Virus record (IMG/VR): IMGVR_UViG_3300014208_000030 | Coordinates: 104,076 to 168,075 of that record | From: a virus | Lineage: Duplodnaviria > Heunggongvirae > Uroviricota > Caudoviricetes | DNA length: 64,000 nucleotides | Reading direction: 5' to 3' (one strand) | Part shown: piece by piece, positions 27,725 to 37,270 of the stretch | Layout of the letters: the number at the start of each line of letters is the position of its first letter | Position numbering within the stretch: the first letter of the stretch is position 1 | The notes under the pieces: generated by a model | The model's input: the letters and a program-made list of their open reading frames with translations, nothing else | What the model was told of the DNA's origin: nothing | The model's database searches: none | Made by a program: the position numbers and the translations under genes

Positions 27725-30160
27725 CTATTTTAAATTGTAGCTTATGACTTTATAATCGAATTGATCTTTTGCATAATATCCTACTCGTTTCTCGAAATGG
27801 TCTAGGGTATGATTTTTGTAAGATTTATACGACATATCGTCCGCCAAATCGAACAGGTTACAAACATATTTCCCATTCCCCTTTCGCAGACCACGCCCAA
27901 CTGACTGCAAAACTTTTATCTTGCTCTTGTATGGTGATGCAAAAATAATATTGTCAATCCGCTTGATCGAAACACCGGTAGAAAATGTGCCATATGATGC
28001 AACTATCGTACAGTCATCTGTAGTCTCGGCAATCTGCCTAACAGCATCTCTGGACTCAACATCAACCTTGCCATGTATAAAGTGACAGTTACCAGCATCT
28101 TTTAGCAAATTGTAGATAGGCAGACCCTGCTTCCCGACGAATGTGAACAGTATTAGCGTATTACCTTTCAGAGAGTTCGCCAATCCGGCAATGAAGGCAT
28201 TTCTGCGCTCACTGGTGCATAGATAATCCATTTCTTGAGCATACGTAGCCTTGCTCCGAGCCATTGCCTTAGCAACTTCCTCGCGGTGCTTAATCAGGAT
28301 GCAGCTGATCTTCAGATTAGCGGCCTGACCGTTATCAATCAGTTCTCTGGTAGTTATAGTCTTAAATGCTTTCCCAAACAAACCCTCGATGACCAACCGG
28401 TTACATTTGCTGTCCTGCAAACTTCCGGTGAACCCGACTCGATAGGCGACATTGTGAGCCCTCTCCATAATATCGGTAATTGACTTAGATTTTGCAGTGT
28501 GGCAATTGCCTACTACAACAACAAAACCTTTTCTACGGACAATAATATTCCCAGACGGCACAGTAACGCAATGCACATTACCAGAATATTGGACGCGCTC
28601 TTTTTGCATCCCTTGCGTCCCTATGATATTGGTCTTCCGGATATATAATCTATGCACATCGGAAAACTTATCGCTCCTGCTATCTATCTGAATAGTTTTT
28701 CTTGCTATATATCCCGCTAGTACAGCAACGGTCTGATAAAAATCAACCGAGCACTCGGATGTGTTCGAATAGTAGTATCGATTCTCGCTGGATATGCTGC
28801 CATCCCAAATAACCATATACTCTATGATTTCTTTCGCCGTTTCGCTAGATAGTGTTGATACGTCAAAAAATGTAGATACATCCTTTGTCGCATAATCAAT
28901 ATTATATATACTAAACCGACGTTTTTCTTTGGTTTTCCCGTATGCTGGTATACTCTTCAGCTCATTATATGAAAACCCACCCTCAGCCATCAGTGCTAGG
29001 AACTCAGTTATTTTTCTTTCTTTAGAAAACTTAAACTGTAATACTTGTTTTCCGCCATCCCGACCAACAATACATCCGTCTGCTTGGAGTGCAATCATAA
29101 GCTTTTGTTTTGGTGTAAGTGGTCCAGAATCGCCTACGGCAAGCCCAGCCCCATATAGATTACATAAGGCATTAAAATTAACTTCTGCCGCAGTTACTTT
29201 TTTGTCAACATAGCCGTGCTTCTGTGTTCGCCTAATTAGCATATCATGGTTTGGAGTTACTAAAAGGTCTATTCTACTATCACTACTTATATGTACTAGC
29301 TCACCATCATAGTGCTTAGTGATATATCTAAGTGGCTTAACGAATGATATATTACCACAATCGTACTGAGCAACATCCGCAACCTCGCTCAATTCATCGA
29401 ATCGAACAAATCCTCTGTTTGTCAATATTTCTGTATCTGGAGAGAAGCACTCATCCTGAACAATCATATCGAACTGCTCATAATATGAGATTGGCATTTT
29501 TGCCATCGATTGGTAGGTAGTGAAGGTCAGTTGCTTATCGGTCTGCTTCTCCTGCCCAGAGTAGATCATGTGGCTTCTACCCTCAACATCCCATCCGCTT
29601 ACGCTAGAATAGTCAATGAAATCGGACTTCATTTGCGCCACCAGACCGACGGTTGGGAATATCAATAATACACGCTTCACTTCACCGATAGCTATCAGAT
29701 ATCTGATTGTGCTAAAGATAATCAGAGATTTCCCCGACGAAGTGGGGCTCTCGATGGTCGCCCTACGGTTGTCTAGAATATGTTTTATGGCGTCGACTTG
29801 GTAGTCATATACTGTGATAGGGTTTCCGGCAGAGTGCAACCGAAGAACATCGGCAATGTATTTTTCGATGATGGCTCTATCGTTGTCCACGACAGGATGT
29901 ACATCCTCATCATACTCTACTGTATAGCCAGCCTGCGCAGCGAATTCGAGAATGTGATAGAACAGGCCAGCATAAATGTTGCGAGTACCGGCGTTGAGGA
30001 GCCTGATTGTGCCATTCCACAACCCATGCTTATATGCCGGTGTAAACTTTGCACCTTCAACATCAAACGTGAAATGCGCAGCCATTTCGACAATAACACA
30101 TTTCTCGGCATCAATGTGCACATATACTTCGTTAAGTTTTCGAATTCGGATATCAGCCAT
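27725..30160 (-). CDS. uvsW: UvsW-like DExH (SF2) DNA helicase interrupted by an in-frame intein
   Basis: Walker A SPTSSGKS; extein blocks recalled to match T4 UvsW (KCNRLVIEGLFGKAFKTITTRELIDNGQAANLKI, TIVASYGTFSTGVSIKRI, VLQSVGRGLRK); motif II reads IVQDE|C...N|CHTAKS. Confidence 0.9.
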   Translation of the reverse strand: MADIRIRKLNEVYVHIDAEKCVIVEMAAHFTFDVEGAKFTPAYKHGLWNGTIRLLNAGTRNIYAGLFYHILEFAAQAGYTVEYDEDVHPVVDNDRAIIEKYIADVLRLHSAGNPITVYDYQVDAIKHILDNRRATIESPTSSGKSLIIFSTIRYLIAIGEVKRVLLIFPTVGLVAQMKSDFIDYSSVSGWDVEGRSHMIYSGQEKQTDKQLTFTTYQSMAKMPISYYEQFDMIVQDECFSPDTEILTNRGFVRFDELSEVADVAQYDCGNISFVKPLRYITKHYDGELVHISSDSRIDLLVTPNHDMLIRRTQKHGYVDKKVTAAEVNFNALCNLYGAGLAVGDSGPLTPKQKLMIALQADGCIVGRDGGKQVLQFKFSKERKITEFLALMAEGGFSYNELKSIPAYGKTKEKRRFSIYNIDYATKDVSTFFDVSTLSSETAKEIIEYMVIWDGSISSENRYYYSNTSECSVDFYQTVAVLAGYIARKTIQIDSRSDKFSDVHRLYIRKTNIIGTQGMQKERVQYSGNVHCVTVPSGNIIVRRKGFVVVVGNCHTAKSKSITDIMERAHNVAYRVGFTGSLQDSKCNRLVIEGLFGKAFKTITTRELIDNGQAANLKISCILIKHREEVAKAMARSKATYAQEMDYLCTSERRNAFIAGLANSLKGNTLILFTFVGKQGLPIYNLLKDAGNCHFIHGKVDVESRDAVRQIAETTDDCTIVASYGTFSTGVSIKRIDNIIFASPYKSKIKVLQSVGRGLRKGNGKYVCNLFDLADDMSYKSYKNHTLDHFEKRVGYYAKDQFDYKVISYNLK
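28505..29449 (-). mobile_element. intein (~315 aa) with LAGLIDADG-like homing endonuclease domain, inserted in helicase motif II (DE^CH)
   Basis: starts CFSPDTEILTNRGFV, ends ...GFVVVVGN followed by extein Cys; internal LYGAGLAVGDSG LAGLIDADG-like motif; extein junction rebuilds DECH. Confidence 0.8.
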
Positions 30161-30191
30161 AATATAAATAGTCTCTCGGTTTGATTATCTA

Positions 30192-30656
30192 CTATTTATA
30201 CTGGCCTGCTGCCTCATCTATAATAATAACGTGGTTGCTGTGCGAGACTAGCTCATAATTCACATAACCTATTGCGCCGTCGTGGCTGCGAATGGCTGCG
30301 ATCATAGCTTGGTCATTCGGCACTTCGTGCACGCCAACATGACCGGTATATCGAGTGGATACGCTAAGTTCTCGCAAGTACCTATATAAGGTCATACCCA
30401 AAGTACTCGACACAAACAATTTATGTTCTGGTGAATTAAGTGGCTTGGTGTACACAATAATTGCTTGCCCATCATCCCACACGACATCTTGCCGAGTAAA
30501 AATTCGCTGAATATCTACCCTATCCAGAAACATGGTATTATCTGAGTTATATCTGGAGTACATTATCTGCGGCTTGAAAGTTTCCCGTGATGTTAGCGTC
30601 GGTGCAGCTACTAACAACATGATGCAGAATAATGAGATGATCAGGCACTTTTTCAT
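30192..30656 (-). CDS. hypothetical secreted protein (signal peptide MKKCLIISLFCIMLLVAAPT)
   Basis: N-terminal signal sequence; last gene of a late operon. Confidence 0.5.
   Translation of the reverse strand: MKKCLIISLFCIMLLVAAPTLTSRETFKPQIMYSRYNSDNTMFLDRVDIQRIFTRQDVVWDDGQAIIVYTKPLNSPEHKLFVSSTLGMTLYRYLRELSVSTRYTGHVGVHEVPNDQAMIAAIRSHDGAIGYVNYELVSHSNHVIIIDEAAGQYK
30193..30200 (-). promoter_or_regulatory. late promoter TATAAATA upstream of uvsW
   Basis: - strand agTATAAATAgtag ~32 nt before ATG; T4 uvsW is late-transcribed. Confidence 0.6.
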
Positions 30657-30661
30657 TGTGG

Positions 30662-31111
30662 CTATTTATTTACTCGATTGTAAATTTGGTTAATGGAGTT
30701 ATCCAGTTGCTCAACGTGCTGCATGAGCTCTTTAAATGATGATGCAATCTCTACTTTCGTATCTGCGATGCTTTTTTCGGTATCTTTTGTCGCAGTTTTT
30801 TGCGATTCCAAGTCCTTTTTCATCTGGTCTATAATCAACTCGGTACTCACTTTTTGTGTGGCTAACTGATTATTTATGCTAACCCATGCGCCGATCAGTG
30901 AGCCGCTCAGGGTGATGATGACCACCAGACCCGATAATATTTGGGTTATCGTATAGGTTCCGCTATTCTTTGTTGGTGTCGCATCCACTTGCGGTGTCGA
31001 TGAGCTCATATGCAAGGTAGTTAGATGATCTAGTCTGGCTAGCACTACATCGATCAACTCGTCATTGGTGTTAGGATTACAGGCAGAAGGTGGCTGGTGT
31101 CGTCTGGTCAT
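30662..31111 (-). CDS. hypothetical type-II membrane protein with periplasmic coiled coil (spanin/antiholin-like?)
   Basis: single TM ITQILSGLVVIITLSGSLIGAWVSI, then heptad-like polar C-terminus. Confidence 0.45.
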   Translation of the reverse strand: MTRRHQPPSACNPNTNDELIDVVLARLDHLTTLHMSSSTPQVDATPTKNSGTYTITQILSGLVVIITLSGSLIGAWVSINNQLATQKVSTELIIDQMKKDLESQKTATKDTEKSIADTKVEIASSFKELMQHVEQLDNSINQIYNRVNK

Positions 31112-31123
31112 GGTGGATGTCCG

Positions 31124-31657
31124 TTAAATAAACTTGAAATTAGAATACTTGAACACTGCTGTGCAGGTCAGGTAGCTAATATCATTTATGGTGGTTGAAA
31201 ACTTTAACCCCGATAGCTTGACTGGAAACATGTCGACAAAATTTATTGTGTTGTGGTTCAGATTACTGTTATTAGTAAGGATTGCTAATGTGCCGTCGGA
31301 GTAAAGCGAGGAATGGTTTTGTGGATTGTATGAGGCCAGAAGACGATGACTTTCGAGTTGATGGAATTCTGCATACTGATCGAGTGATTCTGGGTGCCCT
31401 ACGCCAACCATCCACGAGAAAATTTCTTTATATGACTTCATATCTTCGTCAACAACGAAATTCAGGACGAATTCGCCGAAATCCAATTTATCACCAAGCA
31501 CCGGTATATCCAGCATGGGTGTATTCTGCGCAGCACTCCCGAATGATACGGATGGTAGCTCAACTTCCTGTGCGAAAAATACCGTCGTAGGGAGTTTCTC
31601 GATAGTTAATTGGAAGCCAGTTGGCGATAGAAAATTGATGTTAGTTGGTGTTGCCAT
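31124..31657 (-). CDS. hypothetical late (probably structural) protein (177 aa)
   Basis: ORF preceded on - strand by cTATATAAATAcaac late promoter (31688-31695). Confidence 0.55.
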   Translation of the reverse strand: MATPTNINFLSPTGFQLTIEKLPTTVFFAQEVELPSVSFGSAAQNTPMLDIPVLGDKLDFGEFVLNFVVDEDMKSYKEIFSWMVGVGHPESLDQYAEFHQLESHRLLASYNPQNHSSLYSDGTLAILTNNSNLNHNTINFVDMFPVKLSGLKFSTTINDISYLTCTAVFKYSNFKFI

Positions 31658-31687
31658 AGGTGATTCCAGTTATTTTTGCTGTTGTTG

Positions 31688-31695
31688 TATTTATA
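31688..31695 (-). promoter_or_regulatory. late promoter TATAAATA (- strand)
   Basis: seen in sequence. Confidence 0.6.
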
Positions 31696-31725
31696 TAGAT
31701 GGGTTAATTGTAATTTTCTTTAAAG

Positions 31726-31733
31726 TATAAATA
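31726..31733 (+). promoter_or_regulatory. late promoter TATAAATA (RBP cassette copy 2)
   Basis: same 40-nt promoter-leader as at 25622. Confidence 0.75.
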
Positions 31734-31765
31734 AAGGATACACAACCCATATAAAGGACTAATAA

Positions 31766-33324
31766 ATGCCTATTTCTGCCCACGAACGCCACCTGATGAA
31801 CGGTGGCCTGTTGCGCCCTGTCTCAAAGTCACTTGCAGACACCACAATTCACCCATTCGCAACCCTTGCCGCAAGACCGACTGCGTCGGAATTCGGAGTT
31901 GGTCATGCGAGTATTGTTACTGCAACATACCGCATCAACTGTTCATCAGATGGCGTTAGCTGGGATAGTCACGGATCGAGTGATTCAATTGCAGATAGGC
32001 CAAGTGCTGCTGCGCTTGGGAAAGGGAGTTGGCAGGTAGGTGATTTATTATACCATTCCGCTGGCGCATCATGGAAAACAGAAAAACTAGCAAAAAGAAC
32101 AAATGTATTAACCCGTTGCCCTACTGGAACTACACAAAACTACACTGGTAAAGGTGGTTTCACATTTAATATTCAGGCTGAGTTGGCTGGCGTTCCAATG
32201 GCGGTGCGTATTGCCATTCCAAATCACACAGCGGGAACACCAACTATTGCTGGTAGTTTTGGTTTTGATACTGCTATGGGTGATATTAATTCTGTGCAAT
32301 CGCGGGGGGCAATGTAGCTACATGGTATCCACTGACATTTGGTGGTGCTGCTTCTGGGACACATGCTGCAAGAGTTAGTGCTACCGAACCATCGTGGTTA
32401 TGGTCTGATTTAATTCCTTGCTCTGCATTACCTCGCGTGGACAGTGAAAGTGGGGCAATTATTCATACTAGGCTTATACAAGGCACAGCTGGTGGTGATG
32501 CCACTTCGTGGTCTGCAATGTGGGCACCTCACGCACTTGTTGCAGATATTATTAAGCATCAATGGAGGGGATGTGCTTCTGCTGCTGCTGTTGACTATGC
32601 AACAACTAACCAAGCAGCTTTTACTACAGGCTCAAACTCTGGAACGGCTAATACAACACACTTACCCTGTATGATTCAATATGTTTCGCTCACACAAGGG
32701 CAGACATTATTAACAATTGGTGATTCCATAACTGCTGGGTTAAATACAGGTACGGGTGGAGCCGCAGCAAATGGTTATGGGTGGACGGCTAAGTTACGTG
32801 ATCTATTATCTACTCCAGAAGTTCCAGTTGAATTATGTAATCTTGGGTATTCTGGGGCAACTATGGCTATGATAACTGGAATATACACTAGAAATGCTAG
32901 TGAACTAAAGAATTGCTTATTACTACATACTATGTATACACCAAATAGTATAGATGTAGTATTGGCCAAAAAAGAGCTAGTAAAATCATTAGCCATTATG
33001 GATAGTATGGGTCATGTTCCTATTTACTGGACAGGGTTGCCTAGAAATGCAACTGTAGCTGGTGGAGGTTTAGGTGGTACTAGTGCAGCTAATCTAGGCG
33101 CGTATGAGGCACAACGAGTAGAATATAATATAGAAATTTTAAGTGCTAATGAAAATGTACTGGATTTATCATCGGCTGTATCTGGCTCAGTTGTTGCTAG
33201 TGGTACAGCGGCAGGCCAAATGGAATATGCGATAGGAAATAGTGATGATGGATTACATCCTAATAATACAGCGCATGATGATATTGCCAATTACGCATAC
33301 CCGTACTTACTTAACAGAATATAA
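31766..33324 (+). CDS. receptor-binding/tail-fibre paralog 2 with C-terminal SGNH/GDSL esterase domain, split by a frameshift in a G6 tract (parts 31766-32317 and 32290-33324)
   Basis: N-terminal 183 aa identical family domain ends at TAG 32315; frame +1 is open from 32290 and encodes LLTIGDSITAGL (GDSL motif) to 33324; adding one G at 32304-32309 (cgcGGGGGGc) fuses the two. Confidence 0.6.
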
Positions 33325-33387
33325 TTCGAATAGTGGCGGCGTCATTAGGCCAAGGGCATTACCAGCAACAGTATTATCATTTGCCAC

Positions 33388-33416
33388 TTGACAAACAACC
33401 ACCAAGGTGGTATACT
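33388..33416 (+). promoter_or_regulatory. strong sigma70 promoter TTGACA-17-TATACT
   Basis: perfect -35, 17-nt spacer, TATACT; points into a 730-bp region with no ORF. Confidence 0.6.
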
Positions 33417-33599
33417 AGTCAATTAATCGCATCAGCTGACAGGAAGTTAGCGAAAGCGTCTGGAGAATTCACTCCGGCAAAGAGCGCACCTCTATCATAG
33501 CCTAGTATGGCAGTTAGAGTCACCAACGATGAAGCTATATGCCTCTGTAGTGTTGAGCATGCACCCCGTGGAATCTTTTGATTCATTATTGAGTTCGGC

Positions 33600-34147
33600 A
33601 ATAATGTTAATTCCCAAATAACCGTTCATGATGCACCCTAGAGGTGCAGCCAGTTGCAGTTAGTGATTCCGTTTTGCAACTGGTGCCGCTATGATACCAG
33701 CAAACAGATGTAAAGGCAACCGCATAGCCATGCCTACCTCATTATATGGGGTTTTCTCGGAATATCTTACGACAGTCTTTTCTGTAATAAGATTTTGTCT
33801 GCAAGGCAAAATCTTTCTCTTGTCTTTTTAAAATCTTTTATAAAAGCTTTTTTAAAAAATATCTTTATGGCCTTCGGCGGTGCTACGCACCAGTACCTTA
33901 ATGGCTTTTATAAAAATAGCTTTTCTTATTTAAACAACATTGAACCGCGCGAAGCGCCGCCGTAGGCGTTTCTATAATAACTTTTTATAAAAGATTTTAT
34001 ATTAACTGCTATAACAGTGGTTATAGAAAGCCTCCGGCGGTGCTGCGCACCAGTCATAATATGTTGTTATTTAAAAATAATACATGAACCACACGAAGCG
34101 AAGCGACGTAGGAGCTTCCTATAACCACTGCTATAAAAGCTTTTATA
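33600..34147 (+). ncRNA. candidate structured non-coding RNA region: two tandem ~130-nt repeat units (33870-33990, 34000-34140) plus upstream hairpins
   Basis: units share cggcggtgct[ag]cgcaccagt...tgaacc..gaagcg..cgtagg...ataaaag.tttt; internal inverted repeats ccttcggcgg/ccgccgtagg, ggtgc/gcacc; 12-bp imperfect IR gcagccagttgca/tgcaactggtgc at 33640-33690; no ORF >60 aa on +. Confidence 0.35.
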
Positions 34148-34155
34148 TATAAATA
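34148..34155 (+). promoter_or_regulatory. late promoter TATAAATA
   Basis: tatTATAAATAaaggatacagaaccaatataaagggctataaaATG. Confidence 0.7.
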
Positions 34156-34187
34156 AAGGATACAGAACCAATATAAAGGGCTATAAA

Positions 34188-34565
34188 ATGTCACAAAAAG
34201 AGTATCCAGTATCAAGCACTTCTCTAAGCGGTGGGACTATACCGGCTGTTGTTATTATGCAGCTAGATGGTGACGGAAATCCTCAGCCAGCCGCTATTGG
34301 GGCATCGGTCACATCAACGCCATATACATTAATAGCAACAACACTAATAATAGCTGTAGGTACAAAAAACCCGCCATTCACGGTGACATTAAAATCGGCA
34401 GATGCAACTAGAAAGATTGAATTTTCTACGGATGGCGGCACTGAATATTTTATACCGGCAATCGATATAACAAGCGCAACCATGCTAATCACTTATGCAT
34501 CGGCACCAATTACCCATATAAAAGTAACTGGTCTTATTAATGATACCCTGATAATAGTTGGTTAA
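34188..34565 (+). CDS. hypothetical late/structural protein (125 aa, Thr/Ala/Ile-rich)
   Basis: ORF behind late promoter. Confidence 0.5.
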   Translation: MSQKEYPVSSTSLSGGTIPAVVIMQLDGDGNPQPAAIGASVTSTPYTLIATTLIIAVGTKNPPFTVTLKSADATRKIEFSTDGGTEYFIPAIDITSATMLITYASAPITHIKVTGLINDTLIIVG

Positions 34566-34566
34566 T

Positions 34567-35373
34567 ATGGGATTTCCAGATAGAAGCAAACTAAGACATA
34601 CATTATGGGCAAATAGAGGTCCAGCTGATGCTCAGGGTTCACAGATTCTAATTACAGACATTGGAGAATATGGTGCAGTCTATACTAGTAATGGTATTGA
34701 GTGGGCACATAGTGGCGAGATAGAGATTATACAAAAAGCCAAAGGCTGGTTATGCCCATCTCTCGCAGCAGCAAATGCAGCATCATATGCTCAATCTGGT
34801 AATGTAATTACGGTCACATCGACTGGGCATAATATTCCAGATGTTGTTTATAACTCTAAGGATGTTTACCTGAACATGGGCGCAGCGGCTACCGGAGCAA
34901 CTATATCGGCAGGGTGGTTTAGCAACTTTCAATATGTTAGCGCAGATTCATTCACTTGCACATCTACATTGTCTCAAACCAGCACCGGAACGGTCAATAC
35001 CAACACAGCTGAAACTGTTGTTGGCGACTTAAGTGCTACTATTTTAGGTGGATTGCTGGACTTAAATGGGAAATTAAGCTTCTCTTTCTTATCATCAAAT
35101 AATAACAGCGTAAATAACAAAACTGTTAGGTTTAAGTTTGGTACTAATCCTATAAACTATAACAATACGACTGTGCTGTTTAGAAGCTTGAAGTCAGAAC
35201 CAATTAGCAATAGAAACAGTCAGACAAGTCAAGTGCTTGAATATGGTGGTGCCCCATATGTTTATTCAGTAGACACCTCAGCCGATTTTAGCTGTGGATT
35301 TGCTTTATTATGTGATGCCGCAAATAATTATGTAGCTATACATTCCGCCTCTTTTTACATATCGCCGAGTTGA
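34567..35373 (+). CDS. structural (fibre-associated?) protein, paralog of 39550-40290
   Basis: shared blocks ASYAQSGNVITVTSTGHNIP / TLSQTSTGTVNTNTAETVVGDL / SSNNNS.NNKTV; track start is TTG, ATG at 34567. Confidence 0.55.
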   Translation: MGFPDRSKLRHTLWANRGPADAQGSQILITDIGEYGAVYTSNGIEWAHSGEIEIIQKAKGWLCPSLAAANAASYAQSGNVITVTSTGHNIPDVVYNSKDVYLNMGAAATGATISAGWFSNFQYVSADSFTCTSTLSQTSTGTVNTNTAETVVGDLSATILGGLLDLNGKLSFSFLSSNNNSVNNKTVRFKFGTNPINYNNTTVLFRSLKSEPISNRNSQTSQVLEYGGAPYVYSVDTSADFSCGFALLCDAANNYVAIHSASFYISPS

Positions 35374-35389
35374 TATGATGCGCGTAATG

Positions 35390-35397
35390 TATAAATA
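35390..35397 (+). promoter_or_regulatory. late promoter TATAAATA
   Basis: gTATAAATAaaggatatacaacc...ATG. Confidence 0.7.
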
Positions 35398-35425
35398 AAG
35401 GATATACAACCATTCGGGAATACCC

Positions 35426-36307
35426 ATGAAAATAACTTTTAAGCAACTGGTTGAGAGTCACTACGGTGTGCTTACAGAGGAGCTACATCAGGAGCTGAAA
35501 GATGTACTAAATGCACCGGAAACAGATCGTAGCGGTACTTCCGGTAAGCTTTACCAGCGCAAATTGACCAACTTTTCGGCGAAGGTAAAGGATTTATCCA
35601 AGCGTGGCGAAGATACTGGCCTAGAGGGTGGTACACCAAAACGTGGCAGCAGCCGCGCAGTATACTTTCCAACAGAACCAAAACACATCACAATCGATGG
35701 TGCACCAGCACAGCAACATACTGCGGTAAAAGTGGCTTTTGCCGGTGCTCTCGACAAACATACTGGCGACTCACATTTACTAGGTGAGCACCAGAACATA
35801 ATTGAGTCTGATCATTTTACCCGCGACAATCACTCTATGTTGAGGCATACCAATGATCACCATTACGAATATAACCCAGATGGAGTTACTGCTCCAGTAT
35901 TGGACCACCATGAGGACGGGCATTGGCTAGAGATGGCTCATGCCGACAAATTAACCGGTAAGAAATTTACAGAACTGACAAAAACAGAATCTCACCCAAA
36001 AGGTCTGAAGTTTGACCACTTTCATGAGGCGCTGAAAAATGATCATGCTGCTGCACATGGAGAACATAGCGGTACCGATGATCATGATCATTTACGGGAA
36101 CACCCACTATATCAGAACACACAAGACTTCATTTATAACACAGGAAATCATCCTGTTGACTTGAGGTTGCAGAGCATGGGCGTCTGGCGGCATCCGGTGA
36201 CGGGCAAAGAGCATCCTGTTATTCGCGATTATGGCTATAGCAACGATATCGCCAAACTATATTCAAAGGGCGGACAGAACTCAATGAAAGCCAATCGTGG
36301 CTGGTAA
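35426..36307 (+). CDS. hypothetical His-rich late protein (293 aa)
   Basis: ORF behind late promoter; many HH/DH pairs. Confidence 0.5.
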   Translation: MKITFKQLVESHYGVLTEELHQELKDVLNAPETDRSGTSGKLYQRKLTNFSAKVKDLSKRGEDTGLEGGTPKRGSSRAVYFPTEPKHITIDGAPAQQHTAVKVAFAGALDKHTGDSHLLGEHQNIIESDHFTRDNHSMLRHTNDHHYEYNPDGVTAPVLDHHEDGHWLEMAHADKLTGKKFTELTKTESHPKGLKFDHFHEALKNDHAAAHGEHSGTDDHDHLREHPLYQNTQDFIYNTGNHPVDLRLQSMGVWRHPVTGKEHPVIRDYGYSNDIAKLYSKGGQNSMKANRGW

Positions 36308-36340
36308 TTTTGGTCTTAATTTAAAATAAGAGGAGCAGTA

Positions 36341-36790
36341 ATGGAGTATTTAATACCATTAGCATATATAGTATTGGGATTGATTGGTGGAAGTTTCCAC
36401 TACATCAAAAAACGCTATATCGATGAGACGACTCAACAAAGTTTTTGGGCATACCTAAAAAATGATTTCCGCGCAACAAAGAGAGCAACATTCACCATCA
36501 TCACTACCGAAATTGCGCTTGCAGCGGCATCCGGAGGTGTTTTGGGTATGAATGGCATAATTGGTGCGCTGACATTAGGGTACTCTGCAGACAGTGCGAC
36601 GAACATTGCTTCGGATGCAGAATTAGTCGCAGCAGCAAAGGCAGCAGGAGAAATATTCTCAAAACCAGCTGCTCCGGAGTCAGCACAACCAGTTGTTATT
36701 TTAAAACAAGAGCATAAGATAGAGGAAATTGTCAACCATGATAAAAAAACGAGTATTGCTGATTTGCTTTCTGCTGATAAGTCTCTGTAG
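36341..36790 (+). CDS. hypothetical membrane protein (149 aa, two hydrophobic segments)
   Basis: TM-like LIPLAYIVLGLIGGSF and AAASGGVLGMNGIIGALTLGY; RBS aagaggag. Confidence 0.5.
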   Translation: MEYLIPLAYIVLGLIGGSFHYIKKRYIDETTQQSFWAYLKNDFRATKRATFTIITTEIALAAASGGVLGMNGIIGALTLGYSADSATNIASDAELVAAAKAAGEIFSKPAAPESAQPVVILKQEHKIEEIVNHDKKTSIADLLSADKSL

Positions 36791-37040
36791 TTGCGCACCA
36801 GCATTAGTAAATTTTCAAGGTGTTGCCAGACCGGCAGCGAAAGACTGCCCAACCCTAACACCAAAGCCTATCTGCCAAACTGTTACGTGCCCCGCTCTGG
36901 ACATCCCATCACGGGTACCAGATAACGTAGTTATTGAGATTGCTGACGGCAAAATCGTCACACTGAATACCGGTGGCGAGGAACTACTGCGCAATTATAT
37001 GGCAACACGAAAAGCTATTTCAGAGTCGTGGAAAAAGTAA
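36729..37040 (+). CDS. putative lipoprotein overlapping the 3' end of the upstream membrane-protein gene (spanin-like arrangement?)
   Basis: MIKKRVLLICFLLISLCSCAP signal with Cys; 62-nt out-of-frame overlap with 36341-36790. Confidence 0.4.
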   Translation: MSTMIKKRVLLICFLLISLCSCAPALVNFQGVARPAAKDCPTLTPKPICQTVTCPALDIPSRVPDNVVIEIADGKIVTLNTGGEELLRNYMATRKAISESWKK

Positions 37041-37216
37041 TATTTCTGGTAATGTCCCTTTATGGCTGCACTTATACGGCACATGAAGGGAGCCCACCAG
37101 ATTTTTCGTGCTCACCAACGCTGATACCAATGATTGCATCACCACCACAACAACAGCAGAAAATTCCAAAACAGCGACTCGATGGTGTCATTGTTGGAAT
37201 AGACTGCGAATACTAG
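37028..37216 (+). CDS. hypothetical small protein (62 aa)
   Basis: ORF only. Confidence 0.3.
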   Translation: MEKVIFLVMSLYGCTYTAHEGSPPDFSCSPTLIPMIASPPQQQQKIPKQRLDGVIVGIDCEY

Positions 37217-37230
37217 GAATTTTCTAGAAG

Positions 37231-37238
37231 TATAAATA
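37231..37238 (+). promoter_or_regulatory. late promoter TATAAATA (RBP cassette copy 3)
   Basis: same promoter-leader as 25622 and 31726. Confidence 0.75.
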
Positions 37239-37270
37239 AAGGATACACAACCCATATAAAGGACTACTAA

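Noticed and set aside
30163-30170. TATAAATA on the + strand pointing into the 3' end of a - strand gene
   Set aside because: Could be an antisense late promoter but no downstream + ORF; noted only.
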